Source: Patescibacteria group bacterium
GTDB lineage: Bacteria > Patescibacteriota > Patescibacteriia > UBA9934
NCBI GenBank assembly: GCA_038064675.1
Contig: JBBTSM010000001.1
Location: 1-38,445, forward strand
Direction of reading: 5' to 3'
DNA: 38,445 nucleotides
In this document: in pieces, positions 34,347 to 38,445 of the stretch
How the letters are laid out: every line of letters starts with the position of its first letter
Position numbering within the stretch: position 1 is the stretch's first letter
Notes under the pieces: generated by a model
The model's database searches: none
What the model was told of the DNA's origin: nothing
What the model saw: the letters and a program-made list of their open reading frames with translations, nothing else
Made by a program: the position numbers and the translations under genes

Positions 34347-35951
34347 ATGACCTCTGCAGAAAACTCAACAAATGCGCGTCGTCCACGTCCGGTTGTTCTT
34401 TGTGTTTTAGACGGTTTTGGTATTGCACCGGACGCTGAAGGAAACGCCATTACTCGCGCACAAACACCAACGTTTCACACGATGACGTCGCGGTATCCGT
34501 CCATGACGTTGCGTGCGTCGAGCGAAGAAGTTGGATTGAATTGGGGAGAGATGGGGAATAGTGAAGTTGGGCACCTTGCGATTGGTGCCGGGCGCGTGTA
34601 CTACCAGACGTTGCCGAGATTAACGAAGTCCATCGCAAGCGGGGAATTCATGAAAAATCCTGCGCTCATGAAAGCGTTCGAGAAAGTGAAAGCGACCGGC
34701 GGGGTGTTGCACCTCATGGGTATTTTGTCGTCTGGAAAAGTGCACGGGTTTGATGAACATTGTTTTGCCCTATTGCGCATGGCAAAGAAATACGGATTGA
34801 AGCGTGTTGCCGTACACGCGGTACTCGACGGTCGAGATACGCTGTACAATTCCGGCCTCGACTTTGTAAAAAACGCGTTGTCGCAGATGAAGGAAATTGG
34901 TGTTGGGGAATTGGCGAGTATGAGCGGGCGTTTCTACGCCATGGATCGCGACAATCGTTGGGACAGGGTTGAAAAGGCGTACAACGCGATGGCGATTGGC
35001 AAGGCAGACGTCATGGTGGAGGATCCGGTGGAGGCGATTGAGCTTTCGTATTCACGTGAAATTTACGACGAGGAGTTTGTACCAACAGTGCTCACAAAAA
35101 AGGGGATGCCGGTTGCAATGATCGGTGCGGACGACGCGGTGATTTGTTGGAACTTCCGTCCGGATCGTTCGCGCGAAATCACCAAGGCATTCGTGGTGCC
35201 AGCGTTCGAGAAGTTTGCACGCGAATACATCAAGGGCCTTACGTTCGTCACGATGACGGAGTACGAAGAAGGGCTGCCGGTGGATGTCGCGTACGCGCCG
35301 GAAAAGATTTCAAATTCGTTAGCGGAAGTTATTTCGAATGCTGGCCTCGTCCAGCTGCACATCGCGGAAACCGAAAAGTATGCGCACGTCACATTCTTTT
35401 TGAACGGTACACGCGAAGAACCGTTTCCGCATGAGGATCGTGTTCTTATTCCGTCGCCGCACGTGGCGAGTTACGCGGAAGAACCAGCGATGAGCGCGGT
35501 GGCGATCACTGATCGGATTGTTCAAGAGATTAAGCGTGGCAACTACGACGTAATTCTGAGCAACTTCGCAAATGCCGACATGGTTGGCCACACCGGCAAC
35601 CTTGCGGCAACAATTGCGGCGGTTGAAACGATCGATGCATGTTTGGCGCGCATTATCGATGCGGTACTCGCGGCCGACGGTGTACTCCTTGTGACAGCCG
35701 ATCATGGAAATGCGGAAGAGGTGCTCAATTTACAAACGCACGATATTGATAAAGAGCACAGCACGAATCCTGTGCCACTGTGGATTATCGGTAAACAATT
35801 TGAAGGCAAGCCATCCATCGCTGGCGATGTCCCCAACGGCGATCTCTCTCTCATGCCACCGTGCGGCATGTTGGCGGACATTGCTCCAACCATCCTCGCG
35901 ATCTTGGGAATTCCCCAACCTGCGGAGATGACGGGAACGGCGTTGTTGTAG
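34347..35951 (+). CDS. gpmI: 2,3-bisphosphoglycerate-independent phosphoglycerate mutase
   Basis: Motifs VLDGFG, MGNSEVGH, DGRD, GRFYAMDRDNRWDR, AETEKYAHVTFF, DMVGHTG and TADHGNAE. Confidence 0.97.
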   Translation: MTSAENSTNARRPRPVVLCVLDGFGIAPDAEGNAITRAQTPTFHTMTSRYPSMTLRASSEEVGLNWGEMGNSEVGHLAIGAGRVYYQTLPRLTKSIASGEFMKNPALMKAFEKVKATGGVLHLMGILSSGKVHGFDEHCFALLRMAKKYGLKRVAVHAVLDGRDTLYNSGLDFVKNALSQMKEIGVGELASMSGRFYAMDRDNRWDRVEKAYNAMAIGKADVMVEDPVEAIELSYSREIYDEEFVPTVLTKKGMPVAMIGADDAVICWNFRPDRSREITKAFVVPAFEKFAREYIKGLTFVTMTEYEEGLPVDVAYAPEKISNSLAEVISNAGLVQLHIAETEKYAHVTFFLNGTREEPFPHEDRVLIPSPHVASYAEEPAMSAVAITDRIVQEIKRGNYDVILSNFANADMVGHTGNLAATIAAVETIDACLARIIDAVLAADGVLLVTADHGNAEEVLNLQTHDIDKEHSTNPVPLWIIGKQFEGKPSIAGDVPNGDLSLMPPCGMLADIAPTILAILGIPQPAEMTGTALL

Positions 35952-35987
35952 ACCTCCCCCCGACTCGATAACGTAATCACCGTGACT

Positions 35988-36434
35988 TTCACCTCCCCCC
36001 GACCCCCTCCTTCTTCATTTTCACTTCCGTCTTTGCGAGGAGGGTAATCCCGACGAAGCAATCTAGGTATGAACGATCGTCAATATTACATTTACATTCT
36101 CACGAACATTTCGAATTCAGTCGTATACGTCGGAATGACGAATGATCTCCTTTGTAGAATCGAGGAACATCGTGCGGGATCGGCTGACGGATTTACAAAG
36201 AAGTATCATTGTCACAAGCTGGTTTACTATGAGGTTTTTGATACGGCGTACGATGCGATTAGTCGTGAGAAGCAATTAAAAGCGGGTTCGAGGAAAAAGA
36301 AGGATGCGCTCATTGCAACCTTGAATCTGACATGGAAAGATCTTGTAAACGATCTTGCCTAGATTGCCGCGTCGAACGATTACGTTCTCCTCGCAATGAC
36401 TGATTATTTATTGAGGGGGCAAGGGGGAGGTGAA
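35988..36434 (+). mobile_element. Candidate cassette: GIY-YIG gene inside nested inverted repeats
   Basis: Inner IR 36029-36067/36358-36400; outer IR 35988-36009/36413-36434 (19/22 match). Confidence 0.55.
36069..36362 (+). CDS. Small stand-alone GIY-YIG nuclease (UPF0213-like)
   Basis: YYIYIL....VYVGMTNDL..RIEEH, FTKKY, LVYYE and AISREKQLK motifs. Confidence 0.92.
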   Translation: MNDRQYYIYILTNISNSVVYVGMTNDLLCRIEEHRAGSADGFTKKYHCHKLVYYEVFDTAYDAISREKQLKAGSRKKKDALIATLNLTWKDLVNDLA

Positions 36435-36441
36435 TGTAGCT

Positions 36442-37176
36442 ATGAATCCAATCCAAACCCTCCATCATCTTTCCCTCCTCTACCCCGACACTGGCGCTCT
36501 TCACGTTGGCACGCCGTATCACATGATCGTGATGGTCGCATTGAGCGCAAGAACGAGGGATGAGCAGATTTTGAAGCTCGCTCCGGGATTTTTTCAGAAG
36601 TTTCCGACGGTACGCGATCTCGCCGTCGCCGATATCGGATCGATCACCCGGACGATAAACACGATCGGAATGTTCCGACAGAAGGCAAAGCACCTGAAAT
36701 CGATGGCACAGATGATTGCGAATGAATTCGGCGGGGAGGTTCCGAAGACGCTCGAGGAGCTCGTTCGCCTTCCTGGCGTTGGCCGAAAAACCGCGAGCGT
36801 TATTCTTGTTGCCGCATTCGACACGCCGGCGATTGCCGTGGACACGCACGTTCATCGCGTAGTGAATCGGCTGGGATGGGTAAAGACGAAAACCGTTGAA
36901 GCGACGGAACAGGCCCTGCTTCGAATCATCCCGAAATCGATGCAACCGATCGTCAATCGCGTCTTTGTTCCATTCGGCCGCACAATCTGCATCGCAAAGC
37001 CTCGGTGCTGGGCATGTCCACTCGTGAACGAATGTGCATTTGCGAACAAGAATCTTATCCCTCCCACGAATCGAGAAAAGGTGTTGAGTACGATACAATC
37101 CATGCGTGACGGCATTCGAACGCTAAAAACTTCACTGCAAGATTTCCTTCACTCGCTCAATTTGCCCAAGGCGTAA
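36442..37176 (+). CDS. nth: Endonuclease III
   Basis: LSARTRD, HhH motif LPGVGRKTA, IAVDTHVHR and C-X6-C-X2-C-X5-C Fe-S motif. Confidence 0.93.
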   Translation: MNPIQTLHHLSLLYPDTGALHVGTPYHMIVMVALSARTRDEQILKLAPGFFQKFPTVRDLAVADIGSITRTINTIGMFRQKAKHLKSMAQMIANEFGGEVPKTLEELVRLPGVGRKTASVILVAAFDTPAIAVDTHVHRVVNRLGWVKTKTVEATEQALLRIIPKSMQPIVNRVFVPFGRTICIAKPRCWACPLVNECAFANKNLIPPTNREKVLSTIQSMRDGIRTLKTSLQDFLHSLNLPKA

Positions 37177-37216
37177 TCGCCGATTGCCCAAGTCGCGCTG
37201 GTGCGACGATCGCTCA
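37149..37216 (+). repeat. Family D four-box leader motif copy 3
   Basis: tcgctca-ttgcccaa-[ggcg taat cgcc]-ttgcccaa-[gtcgc gctggt gcgac]-tcgctca, ending 7 nt before ATG 37224; contains the nth stop codon. Confidence 0.8.
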
Positions 37217-37223
37217 TTCCTTT

Positions 37224-37718
37224 ATGTTGCACTTTGATGAACATCTCACTACGCAAATTCGTGAAGCGGGAAAATCGACGCTTCCATTGTGGCGTTTTTT
37301 GGCGAGCTACGGAATTGTGGTGCTTTTTGGTTTTGGAGTGGTGACGATTTTGCTCGGGTACGTGAGCTGGTTTGTGTTGTTGATTCCGGTTGCGCTCACT
37401 CATGCTATTACGCTTGGTTTGCAGCATATTGTTGGTCGTGCACGACCTCCGCTTGGTGTGTCGGAAATTCAGATGTGGTATCGCACCCCTTCATTCCCGT
37501 CTGCGCACTCTGCGGGAAGTATGGCGTTTGCAGTGGCGATGTCTGCCGTAATGCTCCGCGTGCCACAGTACGGGATCCCTCTCGGTATTGCGCTGATTGT
37601 TTTTGCGCTTTTGATTGGTATTTCTCGTATTATGGCTGGCGTGCATTATCTTGGCGACGTCCTCGCCGGGTTTCTCTTTGGCATTCTTGTGACTGGAATT
37701 TTCTTGACGGCTGTTTAG
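37224..37718 (+). CDS. PAP2-family membrane phosphatase
   Basis: Motifs RARP, SFPSAH and SRIMAGVHYLGDV. Confidence 0.88.
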   Translation: MLHFDEHLTTQIREAGKSTLPLWRFLASYGIVVLFGFGVVTILLGYVSWFVLLIPVALTHAITLGLQHIVGRARPPLGVSEIQMWYRTPSFPSAHSAGSMAFAVAMSAVMLRVPQYGIPLGIALIVFALLIGISRIMAGVHYLGDVLAGFLFGILVTGIFLTAV

Positions 37719-37733
37719 AAAAAATGTCAGTCG

Positions 37734-37742
37734 TGTGGATAA
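37734..37742 (-). promoter_or_regulatory. DnaA box
   Basis: TGTGGATAA (reverse complement TTATCCACA), intergenic. Confidence 0.5.
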
Positions 37743-37818
37743 GCACTGCGTATGATCAGTTCGGTTGCGGTATGATTTTATTGAATTAGGGTTCTTTTTA
37801 ATTCACGAAGCTCCACCT

Positions 37819-38445
37819 ATGACTGACGTTCGAACATCATCGGAAACGATAACGCGACTCAAGAGGTTCACGGCTGCTGGCTTGCTGGCTGCGATTGGGT
37901 TTTTGGGGACGGGTCATTTTGCACATGCAGCAGCTGGTGAGGGAACGGTAGCTATTCGTGTTGCGCAAAGCAGCGGATCAGATAACGCGAGCACAGCAAC
38001 ATTTGCCAGCCCAAGTAGCGCCGTAACAGTAACAGTTGGAACAAAAACATATTTGCGTGTGGACGTAGCTGTTGGCGCAAGTCATATTGCTGCAGCACAA
38101 AACAACGTTACCATGCAGGTAAACCTCAATTTGTTCCCAACAAACGGTTGGACAACGGATACGCAAGCTGCAGTGTCGGATCTTGATACTGTGGGCGAAT
38201 GGTTCGTTACATATACGGATACTGATTCCGTTACAACAAACAATAGCGCGATCAGTTTTGCTGCGAGTGCTTCGGTGAACACTGGATTGCTCACCATTCA
38301 GGCCGATCAGCAAATGGACTCAACGGATATCATCAAGGTTTTCATGGTTGTGAATGATAACAACTATGTTCGTTCTGCTGCGAACTTCGTCGTTTCCGTT
38401 GACGACACGGGTGGAGATAGTTTGACCCCGATTAGCGCGCCGGCG
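37819..38445 (+). CDS. Secreted or surface protein, 3'-partial (absent from the ORF track)
   Basis: MTDVRTSSETITRLKRFTAAGLLAAIGFLGTGHFAHA-A signal peptide; Thr/Ser/Ala/Val-rich frame open to the window end. Confidence 0.75.
   Translation, partial: MTDVRTSSETITRLKRFTAAGLLAAIGFLGTGHFAHAAAGEGTVAIRVAQSSGSDNASTATFASPSSAVTVTVGTKTYLRVDVAVGASHIAAAQNNVTMQVNLNLFPTNGWTTDTQAAVSDLDTVGEWFVTYTDTDSVTTNNSAISFAASASVNTGLLTIQADQQMDSTDIIKVFMVVNDNNYVRSAANFVVSVDDTGGDSLTPISAPA

Noticed and set aside
22526-37742. Replication origin suggested by DnaA boxes
   Set aside because: The boxes are isolated and kilobases apart, with no cluster, unwinding element or dnaA/dnaN.
1-38445. Genetic code 25 (TGA=Gly), suggested by TGAs at 13 and 31 and the CPR-like content
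   Set aside because: TGA ends murE, the FtsB-like gene and the permease at expected positions, and no conserved gene has an internal TGA.

Overview
Bacterial chromosomal window using genetic code 11. Gene content and start-site architecture suggest Patescibacteria/CPR (inference). The backbone is housekeeping: MFS-like transporter, P-type ATPase, murD, murE (in-frame TAA in its P-loop), FtsB/DivIC-like, parvulin PPIase, tRNA-Gly/Thr/Gln, ftsEX, SPFH, gpsA, HtrA, GerMN protein, HU, LCP, recR-ybaB-dnaB, amino-acid permease, uvrC, mraZ-rsmH-ftsL-like, gpmI, nth, PAP2 and a partial secreted protein. The unusual content is mostly non-coding. Many intergenic gaps hold one of about eight palindromic repeat families. 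These include six ~100-130 nt hairpins with compensatory changes and tandem G.A pairs, a covarying ~175 nt element, and three copies of a four-box motif just before start codons. A small GIY-YIG nuclease gene sits inside two nested inverted repeats, and two repeat copies lie in frame inside uvrC. Several GC-rich orphan genes carry their own SD and terminator, while many native genes look leaderless. No integrase, transposase, rRNA or CRISPR array is visible. All calls come from reading the sequence; no database searches were run.
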